In this document: piece by piece, positions 18,730-30,400 of the stretch
Layout: each line of letters opens with the position of its first letter
How positions within the stretch are numbered: the first letter of the stretch is position 1
Assembly: GCA_025451875.1 (NCBI GenBank)
Contig: JANWJQ010000046.1
Span: 13,218 to 77,217 of the forward strand
Source of the DNA: Rhizomicrobium sp.
GTDB lineage: Bacteria > Pseudomonadota > Alphaproteobacteria > Micropepsales > Micropepsaceae
Reading direction: 5' to 3'
Length of the DNA: 64,000 nt
Made by a program: the position numbers and the translations under genes
Notes under the pieces: model-generated
What the model saw: only the letters and a program-made list of their open reading frames with translations
What the model was told of the DNA's origin: nothing
Database searches by the model: none

Positions 18730-21700
18730 TCTGTATACTTTCCTCCACGGGTTCACCCATCACGATCTCAATATGATGCGTCTTTCCATCGTCCACCAGT
18801 GCGATACCATTCGTGGGCAAAACGGCCGTACCGTCTGCGGTGGCGCTTGAAATTCCGCTACTTCTCTGGGCGGCATTGTCCACTTTGATTTCATAGGTCG
18901 CAGATCCATGCCGGATCGTGACTTCGAATTTCGGCCAGCGCCGGGGAATGACCGGCGCGATGAAAATTCTATTCCCGGCGAAGCGGATGCCCAGAATATA
19001 TTCGACCGCAGTGCGGTACATCCACGCCGCCGAGCCGGAATACCACGTCCATCCGCCACGGCCGGCATTGGGCAACATGGAATAGACATCACCGCACGCG
19101 ACATAAGGTTCGACCCGATAGCGCTCTGCTTCCGCGCGTGTGCGCGAATGATTGACGGGATTGAGCATTGCGAACAGTTCGCCCGCCCGATCGCCATTGC
19201 CCATCATGGCAAAGGCGATAATGCTCCACAGCACGCCATGCGTGTATTGGCCGCCATTCTCGCGGATGCCGGCAGGGTAGCCTTTGATATAGCCGGGGTC
19301 ATGCTGGCTGGCGACGAAGGGCGGTGCGAACAATGTGAGCAGCCGGTCTTCCGGTCGCACAAGATATTTGTCGACGGCTTCCATGGCGCGCGCGGCGCGG
19401 TCCGGTGCGGCCGCTTTGGAAATGACGCTCCAGGCCTGCGCGATGGAATCGATACGGCATTCCCGGTTGGCGGCGGAGCCGAGCGCAAAGCCGTCGTCAA
19501 AGAAGGCGCGCCGATACCAAGCGCCGTCCCAACCGTCGCGCTCCAAGGCTTCGCGCAGCGCATCCATGTGGACGAGCCAGCGGGCGATACGCGGTGCATC
19601 CTTGCGGGCTTCGGCAAGCGGCATGAAGCGCGCGAGGGATTCATGCAGGAACCATCCGAGCCAGACGCTTTCGCCCTTGCCCTTTTCGCCCACGCGATTC
19701 ATGCCGTCGTTCCAGTCACCGGTGCCCATCAGAGGCAGGCCATGCTGCCCGACGGCGAGCGATGCATCCAGCGCCAGGGCGCAGTGCTCATAGAGGGAGA
19801 CGCGTTCTGTGGAGGTCTCCGGTTGGAAGAAGGCATCATGCTCGCCTTCGCGCAGCTGTGGACCGCTGATGAATGAAAGTTCTTCGTCCAACACAGATGC
19901 GTCGCCCGTCGTCTCGACATATTGCGCAGCGACATAAGCGAGCCAGGATTTGTCGTCGGAAATTCTGGTGCGGATGCCTTTCCCGTTTTCGGGCAGCCAC
20001 CAATGCTGCACATCGCCTTCGGGGAATTGTCGGCCCGCCGCACGCAAAAGATGCTCGCGCACGATCGCGGGACGCGCATGGGTGAGGGCCATGCCATCCT
20101 GGAGCTGATCGCGGAAGCCATAGGCGCCCGATGCCTGATAGAACCCCGCGCGCCCCCAAATGCGGCACGACAGCGTCTGATAGAGAAGCCAGCGATTGAC
20201 CAGAACGTCCATCTCCGGATCGGGCGTTTTGATCTGCAAGGCGCCGAGCGTTTCGTCCCAATAGTTTTTTACCTCCGCGAAGACTGTATCGAGATCGGTC
20301 TCACGGTACTTCTTGAGGAGCGCCTGCGCGTCGTCCCTGTTGGCGCCCCAGCCGAGCAGGAGAACGATTTCCTTTTCCTCACCGGGCACCAAAACGATCT
20401 CGGTTTGTTGGACGCCGCAGGGATCGAAGCCCGGACCGGTGCGCCCCGACAGCGGTTCTTCGCGCAGCAATGCTGCGGGCGCGTGTTTGGCAAAATTGCG
20501 CCCCAGAAATTCTCGACGATCGCCTGTCCAGCTCTGCTGCAAACCCTTCATATCGAGAAACGCGACCTGATTACGCACATCTGCATTGGACGGGTTGCAG
20601 GCATAGAAACCGCGCGTGTTGGGATCAACGTCGGTGACCACATAGGGCGCGGCGCTCGTACGGAGCTGGCCCAGCGACCAATCGGCGAAATGGGTAAGTG
20701 ACAGCCTGCGCGCCTGCTTGGTCGTATTGGCAACACGCAAACGCGATATCTTGATGGCATCCTTCAGTGGTACGAATTCGAGAAGCTTGATCGCAATGCC
20801 GCGCCCGGTTGTTTCAAATCGCGAGTAGCCATGACCATGGCGGGCCACATAAGTGAACGCCGGATCGGCGATGGGCGACGCGGTGGCCGACCACAGATCG
20901 TTGTTCGCCAGGTCGCGGATGTAGATCGCGCTGCCGGATTCGTTGGAAACGGGGTCATTCGACCATGGCGTGATCTTGTTCTGCTGGCTGTTGAGCGCCC
21001 AGGAGAAGCCGGCGCCTTCCGCCGATGTCTGAAAGCCGAACTTTTCGTTTGCGATCACGTTGATCCACGGCGCGGGTGTTGGCTGGCCGGGGCGGACAAC
21101 AACGACATATTCATTGCTGTCGGGCGAGAAGCCGCCATATCCGTTGTAGTGGTTAAGCGACAAGGCGGGCAGGCTGGGTGGCGGTTCTGTAGGACGGTTG
21201 GGCGCACGCGGCGTAGTCGCCGCCTTTTTCGCATCGTCATCGGTCGCGATGAGCGCTGACAGTTGATCGGCGAGGCTTCCGCGCCTGGCGCTAAGATCGA
21301 CACGTGCCGCCGCGCGCAGTGCCCGCGTACCTTCGCTGCCCACCACATCGGATCGCACGAGATAGATGCGGCCGAGCTGTCCGCCTTGCTCTTGGCCGCG
21401 ATCGAAGGTGTGCACGATCTTGTCCAGCGCCTTCTGCAAGTCCTGCGCATAGGAAGAGGCGCGCTCGTTCAGTATCACAAGGTCAACCGCCAGCCGCCGC
21501 ATGCGCCAATAATCATGCGCGCGGATCAGTTGGCGCACGAAACTCAAATGTTCTTCCTCGTTGATACGGACCACGACAATTGGAAGATCGCCGGAGATGC
21601 CGAGCGGCCAAAGCGCGATGGAAGCGGGAGCCGCCGCCGTCAGCATCTCGCGCGGCGCGCGCAATGCCGCGTCTGTATAGATCACATGGTTCGCGAGGAA

Positions 21701-24700
21701 CTGGAAAAGATGGGCTTCGTCTCCCACCAGACCCAGATATTGAAGCTGCGATTGTGCGTGCGTTGCGGCAAGGGTCGCGGCACGATTGAAGGCCGTTGTT
21801 TCCTGGTGGCGGTCGATGAGATTGATGATGTCTTCGCGGGTTTCCGCCGCCATGGTCCAGAAGGCGATTGTCACCGTGCGTCCGCGCGGAATTTGAATGC
21901 GACGGCGCAGGGAAAATATAGGGTCCAGCACAGCGCCGGAGCCATTGGAGAGCGGCCAGCCGCCGAAGACAGCCGCTGGCGCGCGCGCCGTCCTGTTGCG
22001 CGAAAGGAATTTTCCGCGATCGGTTTCGTATTGAACGTCGCCCACGGAATCGCCATCCACGATGCTCAGATGCGCGGCCCAGATGGTCTGATCGGCGGTC
22101 CCGCGCGGGCGGCGGGTAGCCAGCAATGCGCCGTTTTCGCGCAGATATTCGGTTTCAATGAAGAGCTTGGAGAACGCTGGATGCGCGTCGTCGTCCGCGG
22201 GGCGGGCAAGCGCCAGCTCCATGTAAGAAGTGACCTCCAGCTCGCGGGAGCGCGTGCCCCGATTGGTGATCGACAGTCTTCGGACTTCGGCATTGTCTTC
22301 GGGCGAGACGAGGACTTCGAGCGATGTGGTCAGCGCGCCGTCCGTGCGCGTGATCGTGGCGCGATCTTCGGAGAACAGAGCTTCATAGCTATCGGCTTCT
22401 TCGCCGACGGGTTGGTGACCGGCGGACCAGATTTTTCCGCTCCCAAGATCGCGGAGATAGATGAAAGAACCCCAATTGTCGCGCGTCGTATCTTCCTGCC
22501 AGCGCGTGATGGCGATGTCGCGCCAGCGGCTATATCCCGATCCGGCCACAGTGAGCATCACGCTGTAATCATCGTTTGAAAGAAGGTGGGTGCGCGGCGT
22601 GGCGGTGTGCGGTGAGGTGAATTTTCGCGGCGCGCGAGGTGCGCTGTCGTAAATGGTCACCGCACCAGTGTTCATTTCCGGTGGCAGGCGCGCCACGGAC
22701 ACATCGCGTGGCATGCGTTCCTGCAATAGTAATTCCGTGGCTTTCACCATCGGCTCCGTGTGGAAGCGCTCGCGCATCGCGCCGTCACAGATCACATCCG
22801 CGATGCCGAGGATCATCATGCCCTGGTGATGGGACATATAAGCCTGGATCACGACATCGGTTTTGTTTTCCGGCAGGCGTGCGCGGGTGTAGTCGATGGC
22901 TTCGTACCAGCCATAGACGCCGAGTGCGCCGATGCGCGTGAGACGGTCGAGGTTTTTGCGCGCGGCGACCGGCGAGACCATGGCGGCCAGGCCGGATGCG
23001 TAAGGCGCGATAACCGTGTTCTCACCCAACCCGCGCTTTATGCCGAGGTCGGGAACACCGAAACCCGAATATTGGTAGTTCTGGTCGCGATCACGCGCAT
23101 TGTATTGCGATTCCGAAATGCCCCAGGGCAAGCCGAGGTCGGAGGCGTAGTCGATCTGGCGGCGCACAGCGGAGCGATTGGAAAGCGCCAGCAGGCTGCC
23201 CGCCGGCTCGCGCATGATAAGTGTCGGCATCAGATATTCGAACATCGATCCCGACCAGGACTGTAACGCAGATGAGCGTCCAAGCGGTGTGAGTGTGCGG
23301 CCAAGGTGGAACCAGTGCCGCGTCGGCACATCGCCTTTCGCGATGGCGAAGAAGCTCGACAGACGAGCCTCCGATGCGAGGAGGTCGTAGACGTTGGCAT
23401 CAAGCTGCTGATCGTCGATGCGATAGCCGATGCTGAGAAGCTTTCGGTCCTTGTCGTAAAGGAATGCAAAGTCCATCTCTTCGGTGAGCTGGCGACAGAC
23501 CTCGCGGATGCGCGCGAGGCGTTCCGAAAGCGCGTCCGACGTTTTCCCGGAATGGTCGTAGATTTCCCGGTCCTTGCGGTGGCTTTTTGCCCAGTTCGAG
23601 ATCGCTTCGATGGCTTCGCGTTGAAGCAGCTTCTCACTTCCTAACTGCGAAAGTTCGGTGGCAAGAACCTGCGCGCGATCCTCAATTTCCTGGAGATGCT
23701 CCCAGACCACGACGTCGCCATGTTTCGACTGGATGATGGCGTCCAGCCGGCTGAGCATGTCCCGCATCTCATGCCGCATGGGCTCTGCGATCCCTTGCGG
23801 AACAGCTACGGCTTCGCGAAGCAGATTGACGGCGTCGTTTAAACCGTCAAAGCGGGTTGCAGCAGCGGGCGCGTCCGCGATCTGCTTGCACGCGTTCTTC
23901 ACGACAAGCAGATTTCCCGCCAGATTTCCGCTGTCGACCGTGGAGATATAGCGTGGGTTCAGCGTGTCCAGATTTCTGGTGTCGTACCAGTTGAAGAAAT
24001 GCCCGCGGTAGCGCGATAGCCTTTGCAGCGTCGCAAGCGTGCCTTCCATCCGCTCGACGGTTTCAACGGTGCCGATCCATCCGAAATCGCGCGCGGCGAG
24101 AACGCAGCAAAGATAAAGACCGATATTGGTCGGTGATGTCCGGTGGGCGATGACCGGTTTGGGGTTCTCCTGGAAATTGTCGGGCGGAAGCCAGTTTTCA
24201 CCCTCAGTGACAAAGCGTTCGAAAAACAGCCATGTGCGCCGCGCGGCCAGCCGGAGCGCGTTCTTGTCGGATTGCGAAATCTCCAGGTGCGGTTCCGTCT
24301 TCGGCGATAGGCTCGCCCAACGCGCGATGACCGGGGACAGTGCCCAGAGCGCCAGAAAAGGCGCTCCAGTGGAGACATTGTGGGGTGACCGCAAAAGGAT
24401 GGCCGCCGTGGCAATTCCGGCGAACGCGAAACTTCCCAGAAGCTGGAAGGCGAGGACGCTGTAGCTACCATCGCGCTTCGTATATTTGCTTTGCGCGAAG
24501 GTCATCCATTCCAGCAGATGTCGTCTGCTGAAGAAGACCCGGAAGAGCGTTCGCGCGATGGCGTCGAGGGAAAGATATGCGACGCGCGCGAGGAAGGAGA
24601 CGGTAAACAGCAGCTGCGTTAACGCAAGCAACGCGTCACGCGCCAGGTTTCGCAAATGGGACCGGCGGGAAAACCCACGCCGTGTCGGCAATATCCCGGT

Positions 24701-27250
24701 GACGATCGGCAGAAGTGGTGGAATCGCGATGACCGCGAACAGGAACAACGTCCAGCGCATCGCGGCCTCGGGAGGCAGAAGCCAGCCGCAGAGAAGCGAA
24801 AGCAGCAATGCTGGCGCGGACAGGGAACGCCGCAAATTGTCAATCATCTTCCAGCGGCCAAGTGCCGGAAGATGTGGCTTCTTTATCGTCGACTTTCGTG
24901 AATCGCCAAAGCCGAGAATCCAAGGCAACAACTGCCAGTCACCGCGCACCCAACGATGCTGACGCGACAACTCCACATCGTATCGCGAAGGAAACTCCTC
25001 GACGACTTCGACATCCGAGGCGAGCCCAGCCCGGGCGAATGTGCCTTCGAGAAGATCGTGGCTGAGGATGCTGTTTTCGGGAATGCGCTTATCGAGCGCG
25101 CGTTCGAAGGCATCGACGTCATAGATGCCTTTGCCAACAAACGAGCCTTCGCTGAAGAGATCCTGATAGACGTCGGACACGGCGAATGTGTAAGGGTCAA
25201 GGCCGTTGGGACCGGAGAACGCCCATTGGAAGAGCGAACTCTCTGAACCGATCGGCAGGCTGGGTGTTACACGGGGCTGCAGAACACCATGCCCGGCCAC
25301 AACGCAGCCCGTTTGCGGGTCGAGTTGGGGCGCATTCAGCGGGTGCGCCATCTTTCCGATGAGCCGCATTGCGGCGCCGCGCGGCAGGCGCGTATCGGCA
25401 TCCAGAGTAATCACGTAGCGCACATTCTGCCCCACGGCCGCAAGCATTCCGTCGATATCGATAAAGCTTGTGTTGCGGTTGCCGCGCAGAAGCAGATTCA
25501 GTTCGTGAAGTTTGCCGCGCTTGCGCTCCCAGCCCATCCATTTGCTGTGCGCCTGGTTCCACAAGCGCCTGCGGTGGAGCAGAAGGAAGAGCGGCTTCTC
25601 GGGGCCTGCGTGGCGTGCATTTAACGCGGCGATTTGAGCGCGGGCGGCGTCGAGAAGCGCATCGTCTTCCGGAGTGTGCTCGGTATCGCTGTCGGCCCAA
25701 TCCGACAAAAGAATGAATTGAAGGCCCGCCTCGGCATTTGAAAGGTAATGGACCTCAAGGCGTTTGACTTGCTCTTCGATATCTTCGGCGCACGTTAGCA
25801 GGACAGGAACAACCAGAACTGTGCGCTGCGCATCGGATGTGCCATTCTTCAACGCCATGCCGGGCAACGGTTCCGGCCCTTTGCGCTTGGTGGCGAAGCG
25901 GTTGACGAGCGAAAGCGCTAGGTCTGACGCCGGAACCAGTGCCAGCACAGCGAGGTAAATTAGGATATCGTGCGGTGCGCCGGAACGGGCTTCCAAGGCA
26001 AGAATGAACCCGACGAGTGCGATCGACAGAGCCGTGATCGTCAGCAGGTAGCCTGCCAGGCCCGTCGCCGCTATCGCGCGCGTGATCCGTTGTCGAAGTG
26101 TCGGTGTGAAGCCGATTCGCTTTTCGAAGCCTTTCCGTCCCTGACCGATGAGATAAAACCCCGTGTCGCGCTCGCGCGGTGGCTTATTCAGACGCTCTGC
26201 TGCATGCGCATCGCGCACGGCGCGCTGCGCGATCTCGATTTCCCCCAAGCGTGCGCGGCGGGCGAAATGTTCGATCGCGCGGCGGTAGCGATTGCGTGTC
26301 GGGAAATCCATCAACTCGTAGTTCGGTGTGGCGGACAGCGCTTTGTCCACGAGGCTGACGCTCTCGAAGAAATCCGCCCAATCGATATTCGAGATCAGGC
26401 GCATCGACGTAATGATGTTTCTGACGCTGATGTCGTCAGCGGATTGGGCTTGATATTCGGCCTGTATCACCATGTTCGCGGAGGTGTTGTGGAGTTCGAG
26501 CTGACGTTCGATTTCCCGCAGCACGGAATCGGTCGATGCCCCCTGATCGCGCAGGCGTTGCTCGAAACGGGCGAGGAAGGCCGGCGTTATCGTCTCGTCT
26601 TTCAAGTGAGCGAGAACGCTGGCATCCGGCTCTTCGCGCAGCAGCGCAGTGGTGATGTCATTCGCGACGGTTTCCGCACGATCGCCAGCCGCAACGCGGG
26701 CGACGACATTGTGAGTCAGGCGCGAAAGGTTCTCGACGAGAACAAGGCGCAGGGTGATCGCGATGGCCCAAAGCTCGCCTGTCATAAGTGGCGTGAGGCT
26801 TTGATAGGCGTCTATGAATCGCCTGAGCCGGTCCACATCGAGGGCGCTGTCGCTATGTGCGACGATGGCCCAGGCAATGCCGTAGACTCGGGGATAGCCG
26901 GCGAGCGGGCCGTCCAGCAGCTTTGGAAGTTCGCGATAATAGCTGGCCGGGAGATCCTTCACGACCTCTCGCGCCTGTTCTTCGACAATATAGAAATTGT
27001 CGAGAAACCATTCGCCCGCCGAGGTTATCGGCTTCGCCGCGTTGGCCGTCTTCGCGAGTGCGCGATAATCCTCAACAAGCTGGCGGGCGTTTCGCTTGAG
27101 TTTCCTTGGCAGGGAAACGATCCGGAGCGGAGCTGGGCCAATTCGCTGTGCTTCAGCGAGGCTTTTGGCATGCTGCTCCAGCCGCTCCGTGCTGAAAAGC
27201 TCGGACCGAATGGGCGAGGCAGGTACATTTGTATGTAATTCGATTTTCAA
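18719..27250 (-). CDS. ndvB: Cyclic beta-1,2-glucan synthase (GT84 + C-terminal GH94 phosphorylase)
   Basis: 2843 aa; WMGWERKRGKL, DADT, SHDLLEG, RQHRWVRGDWQL, TM segments, WSGSMFEYLMP, GFRDQLQD, GDWNDGMN, RENGGQYTH. Confidence 0.92.
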   Translation of the reverse strand: MKIELHTNVPASPIRSELFSTERLEQHAKSLAEAQRIGPAPLRIVSLPRKLKRNARQLVEDYRALAKTANAAKPITSAGEWFLDNFYIVEEQAREVVKDLPASYYRELPKLLDGPLAGYPRVYGIAWAIVAHSDSALDVDRLRRFIDAYQSLTPLMTGELWAIAITLRLVLVENLSRLTHNVVARVAAGDRAETVANDITTALLREEPDASVLAHLKDETITPAFLARFEQRLRDQGASTDSVLREIERQLELHNTSANMVIQAEYQAQSADDISVRNIITSMRLISNIDWADFFESVSLVDKALSATPNYELMDFPTRNRYRRAIEHFARRARLGEIEIAQRAVRDAHAAERLNKPPRERDTGFYLIGQGRKGFEKRIGFTPTLRQRITRAIAATGLAGYLLTITALSIALVGFILALEARSGAPHDILIYLAVLALVPASDLALSLVNRFATKRKGPEPLPGMALKNGTSDAQRTVLVVPVLLTCAEDIEEQVKRLEVHYLSNAEAGLQFILLSDWADSDTEHTPEDDALLDAARAQIAALNARHAGPEKPLFLLLHRRRLWNQAHSKWMGWERKRGKLHELNLLLRGNRNTSFIDIDGMLAAVGQNVRYVITLDADTRLPRGAAMRLIGKMAHPLNAPQLDPQTGCVVAGHGVLQPRVTPSLPIGSESSLFQWAFSGPNGLDPYTFAVSDVYQDLFSEGSFVGKGIYDVDAFERALDKRIPENSILSHDLLEGTFARAGLASDVEVVEEFPSRYDVELSRQHRWVRGDWQLLPWILGFGDSRKSTIKKPHLPALGRWKMIDNLRRSLSAPALLLSLLCGWLLPPEAAMRWTLFLFAVIAIPPLLPIVTGILPTRRGFSRRSHLRNLARDALLALTQLLFTVSFLARVAYLSLDAIARTLFRVFFSRRHLLEWMTFAQSKYTKRDGSYSVLAFQLLGSFAFAGIATAAILLRSPHNVSTGAPFLALWALSPVIARWASLSPKTEPHLEISQSDKNALRLAARRTWLFFERFVTEGENWLPPDNFQENPKPVIAHRTSPTNIGLYLCCVLAARDFGWIGTVETVERMEGTLATLQRLSRYRGHFFNWYDTRNLDTLNPRYISTVDSGNLAGNLLVVKNACKQIADAPAAATRFDGLNDAVNLLREAVAVPQGIAEPMRHEMRDMLSRLDAIIQSKHGDVVVWEHLQEIEDRAQVLATELSQLGSEKLLQREAIEAISNWAKSHRKDREIYDHSGKTSDALSERLARIREVCRQLTEEMDFAFLYDKDRKLLSIGYRIDDQQLDANVYDLLASEARLSSFFAIAKGDVPTRHWFHLGRTLTPLGRSSALQSWSGSMFEYLMPTLIMREPAGSLLALSNRSAVRRQIDYASDLGLPWGISESQYNARDRDQNYQYSGFGVPDLGIKRGLGENTVIAPYASGLAAMVSPVAARKNLDRLTRIGALGVYGWYEAIDYTRARLPENKTDVVIQAYMSHHQGMMILGIADVICDGAMRERFHTEPMVKATELLLQERMPRDVSVARLPPEMNTGAVTIYDSAPRAPRKFTSPHTATPRTHLLSNDDYSVMLTVAGSGYSRWRDIAITRWQEDTTRDNWGSFIYLRDLGSGKIWSAGHQPVGEEADSYEALFSEDRATITRTDGALTTSLEVLVSPEDNAEVRRLSITNRGTRSRELEVTSYMELALARPADDDAHPAFSKLFIETEYLRENGALLATRRPRGTADQTIWAAHLSIVDGDSVGDVQYETDRGKFLSRNRTARAPAAVFGGWPLSNGSGAVLDPIFSLRRRIQIPRGRTVTIAFWTMAAETREDIINLIDRHQETTAFNRAATLAATHAQSQLQYLGLVGDEAHLFQFLANHVIYTDAALRAPREMLTAAAPASIALWPLGISGDLPIVVVRINEEEHLSFVRQLIRAHDYWRMRRLAVDLVILNERASSYAQDLQKALDKIVHTFDRGQEQGGQLGRIYLVRSDVVGSEGTRALRAAARVDLSARRGSLADQLSALIATDDDAKKAATTPRAPNRPTEPPPSLPALSLNHYNGYGGFSPDSNEYVVVVRPGQPTPAPWINVIANEKFGFQTSAEGAGFSWALNSQQNKITPWSNDPVSNESGSAIYIRDLANNDLWSATASPIADPAFTYVARHGHGYSRFETTGRGIAIKLLEFVPLKDAIKISRLRVANTTKQARRLSLTHFADWSLGQLRTSAAPYVVTDVDPNTRGFYACNPSNADVRNQVAFLDMKGLQQSWTGDRREFLGRNFAKHAPAALLREEPLSGRTGPGFDPCGVQQTEIVLVPGEEKEIVLLLGWGANRDDAQALLKKYRETDLDTVFAEVKNYWDETLGALQIKTPDPEMDVLVNRWLLYQTLSCRIWGRAGFYQASGAYGFRDQLQDGMALTHARPAIVREHLLRAAGRQFPEGDVQHWWLPENGKGIRTRISDDKSWLAYVAAQYVETTGDASVLDEELSFISGPQLREGEHDAFFQPETSTERVSLYEHCALALDASLAVGQHGLPLMGTGDWNDGMNRVGEKGKGESVWLGWFLHESLARFMPLAEARKDAPRIARWLVHMDALREALERDGWDGAWYRRAFFDDGFALGSAANRECRIDSIAQAWSVISKAAAPDRAARAMEAVDKYLVRPEDRLLTLFAPPFVASQHDPGYIKGYPAGIRENGGQYTHGVLWSIIAFAMMGNGDRAGELFAMLNPVNHSRTRAEAERYRVEPYVACGDVYSMLPNAGRGGWTWYSGSAAWMYRTAVEYILGIRFAGNRIFIAPVIPRRWPKFEVTIRHGSATYEIKVDNAAQRSSGISSATADGTAVLPTNGIALVDDGKTHHIEIVMGEPVEESIQNVH

Positions 27251-27478
27251 GAAGGAGATGTCCGAGCTGTTGCTCGCCGCCGCAGCTAGCTTGGAAAAAC
27301 GAACTCATCGGACGAAAGTTCCCTATCATTAATGTCACTCTTGCAGATAGGGATATATTCTCCTCGCCCTATGGGGTACGCCCGCAAAACGGACCGCCCG
27401 CTCTCCTCCCGCGCGGCCTTTGGAGGAGTGGAGGAGTAGAGTCGTTCTGGAGTCGATTCGCTGGCCGAGGGGGCACGC

Positions 27479-30400
27479 ATGGCGTCGGGAAACGTCACGT
27501 TTCGCAGTTTACTGATCGCGAGCGCTGCCGCTGTGATGTTTTGGGCAACAGCCGCGCAGGCGCAAAATCAGACGCCCGACGTCACACTGCCGTCTTCGAG
27601 CGCTTCGCTACCCTACAATCTCAGCCTCGCCGTCGATGATTTCGGCACAACGCCGATGCCGACGCTGCAATCCTTTGCCGGCGCGCAGCTCGATGGAGAC
27701 TGGGTGATGCTGGGCGGTCGTACCAATGGCCTTCACGGCTTTACCTTCAGCGGCACGACCAATTTCCCGCCCGCAGATCAGAACCATACCGTCTGGATCG
27801 TCGATCCGGTGACGAAGCAGAGCTGGTCGCGCTCGCTCGACGGTTCCGGTCTACCCGTGTCGATTATAGATGCACTTTCGTCCACGGCGCAGGAAAGCAC
27901 ACAGGTCGGAAGTCAGCTCTATGTTGTCGGCGGTTATGGCTTCGACACCACGACGAATGCGTTCCTGACCTATGACACGCTGACCTCGATCGACCTCAAC
28001 GGTCTGATCGCCTGGGTGAAAGGGTCGTCTTCTGCGCCGCCGATCTCCAGTATCTTCCGCACCATCCAGGATCCATCCCTGCAGGTGACTGGCGGTGAAC
28101 TGTCGGAGGTGAACGGCCGCGCCATGCTGGTGTTCGGCCAGAATTTCGACGGCGATTATAACCCGACAGCCAATGGACACTACACCGACCAGGTGCGCAG
28201 TTTTGATATCGTTGATACGGGGAGTTCGCTCTCCATCACCAATGTCAGCGCCACGCCAAGCCCCGGCGATGAATCGATCTATCGCCGGCGCGACTACAAT
28301 CTGATCGATATCATGCACAGCGATCCGGCAACCGGCGCGCTGAGCGAAGAGTTGGTGGCGCTCGGGGGTGTGTTCACCGCCACCGGCGGCGCGTGGACCG
28401 TACCGGTCACGATCGGTGCCGACGGCGTGCCCCACATGGCCGATCCCGCAGCGCCCGATACTTTGAAGATGGGGCTGAATCTCTATTCTTCAGCGTCTTT
28501 CAGCACATTTTCGCAGGTCACGGGCGTTGACTACGCCACGTTGTTCGGCGGCATCAGTGGCGGCACATTCGATCCGGCGACAAACACCTTCAACGCAGAT
28601 CCGGAATTGCCGTTCAACAACGTCATCACCACCATCGTGATCGACAAGAACGGCAAGCTCAGCCAGGATTTGATGACGACGGAATTTCCGACGCTGTTGT
28701 CCCAGTCCGTCAACCCCGGTAATCAGTTGCTGTTCGGTGCGTCTTCGCGGTTTTTTGCCGCCGCGGGCATTCCGCAATTCGACAATGGCGTCATCGACCT
28801 GGATGCTGTGATGGCGGAAGCCACCAGCGACAGCGTCACGCTTGGCTATGTCTTCGGCGGCATCGAATCGACCCTGCCGAACACCAACAGCAGCGCGGAC
28901 TCGATGGCGTCAAACACCGTTTTCACGGTGACGATCGACCTGCCGCGGCTGATCGACATAAATTCGGCCGGCACGGTGACGTCGGGCACCGATGACGTCG
29001 GACGCCGTCTGCTGGTGGAGAACGCCAGCGCCGAATATGTCATCCCTACAGGTTCGAATGTGTTGGCCTATGGCGGTGGCACGGTTCAGAGCGGCATGTT
29101 TGCCGTCAATGGCGTGTTCGAAGGGCGCGATCTGCTTGTTGCCGGTGACGGCACGCTGCGCGGTACCGGCGTTATCGACGCAGCGACGACGGTCGCGGGC
29201 ACGCTGCGCCCCGGCAACTCGCCAGGTACACTGACCTTCACCCATTCGGTCGTCCAAAGCGCGGGCAGCACGCTGATGCTCGACATCGATGGAACGGGCA
29301 CGGGCAATGGCGCCGGCAATTATTCGCGTGTCGTCGTGACCGGCCCGCTCAGCACTTACACGGCGGGCGGCACGATCGCACCTGTCCTGCGAGGTCTTAC
29401 TGGCAGCGCGACCAACAGCTTCTCGCCGACACTTGGCCAGCATTTCACCGTCGTCACGGCGGAAGGCGGCGTGAGCGGGATGTTCTCAAGCCTCACTGAA
29501 CCTGCATCGGGCCTCGCGCCGGGAACGCGCTTCGATGTTTTCTATGATGCGACGAGCATCGATCTGGTTGTCACGCCGCTGTCTTACGCGCATCTGGACG
29601 CGCTTGGTGGTCATGACACGCACAATCGCAGCGCCGCTGGCACCGGTATCGATGGTCTCCGCGGTGCGCCGGGCAATGTTCCGACCGGCGATCAAGGTGT
29701 CGTGGTGAATGCTGTTTATAGTGTGCCGGTCACAGATCTTGGCCCCTCGCTCGACCAGATTGCAGGCTCGGTGCATGGCGACGCTCTGGCGGCGGCGTCA
29801 TCGCTCAGTCGTCTCTTCACCAGCGCGATACAAACCGGCGGCAGCGATTCCGGTGTTGCGGCCTCACTTGTCGGAGGCTTGCCGCAGGGCGATTTCGCGG
29901 CATTGAACGCACCCATGTCCGTCACGCCGGCGGAATTAAGCAATACGTCGCCGTTCTGGGCGCATGCCGTGGGGCAGTGGACCACGATCAATAGCGACGG
30001 CAACGCGCCGGGCAATCGCGACAGCGCCGGCGGCATCGTTGCCGGTTTCGATCTCATTCGCGCGCCCGACAGAACTTTGGGCATCGCTGCCGGCTATGCG
30101 GTTTCGGATGTTCACACAGAGGATGCAGCAGCGGCCCACGTCAAAGCCACGCAGTTCATTCTTTATGGCAGCCTCACCGAAGGTTTGTGGCGCTTCGATC
30201 AGAATATCTCGGCGGGCTACAGCCACTTCAAGACCAAGCGGCTCATCGAGATTGGTGGACTGACGCGCACAGCCAGCGGCAACGCGGATGGATGGTCGGC
30301 GTCGGGCGACTTTGCCGTTCATTATGGCGACGGCGTCGTCGTGCCGTTCGGCGAATTCCGCTACGACTATGTCCTGCGCGATGCATTTGACGAAACCGGC

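Noticed and set aside
27400-27440. TGGAGGAG tandem duplication and CTCCTCC hairpin upstream of the autotransporter as a phase-variation tract
   Set aside because: Only two copies, in non-coding DNA; insufficient evidence.
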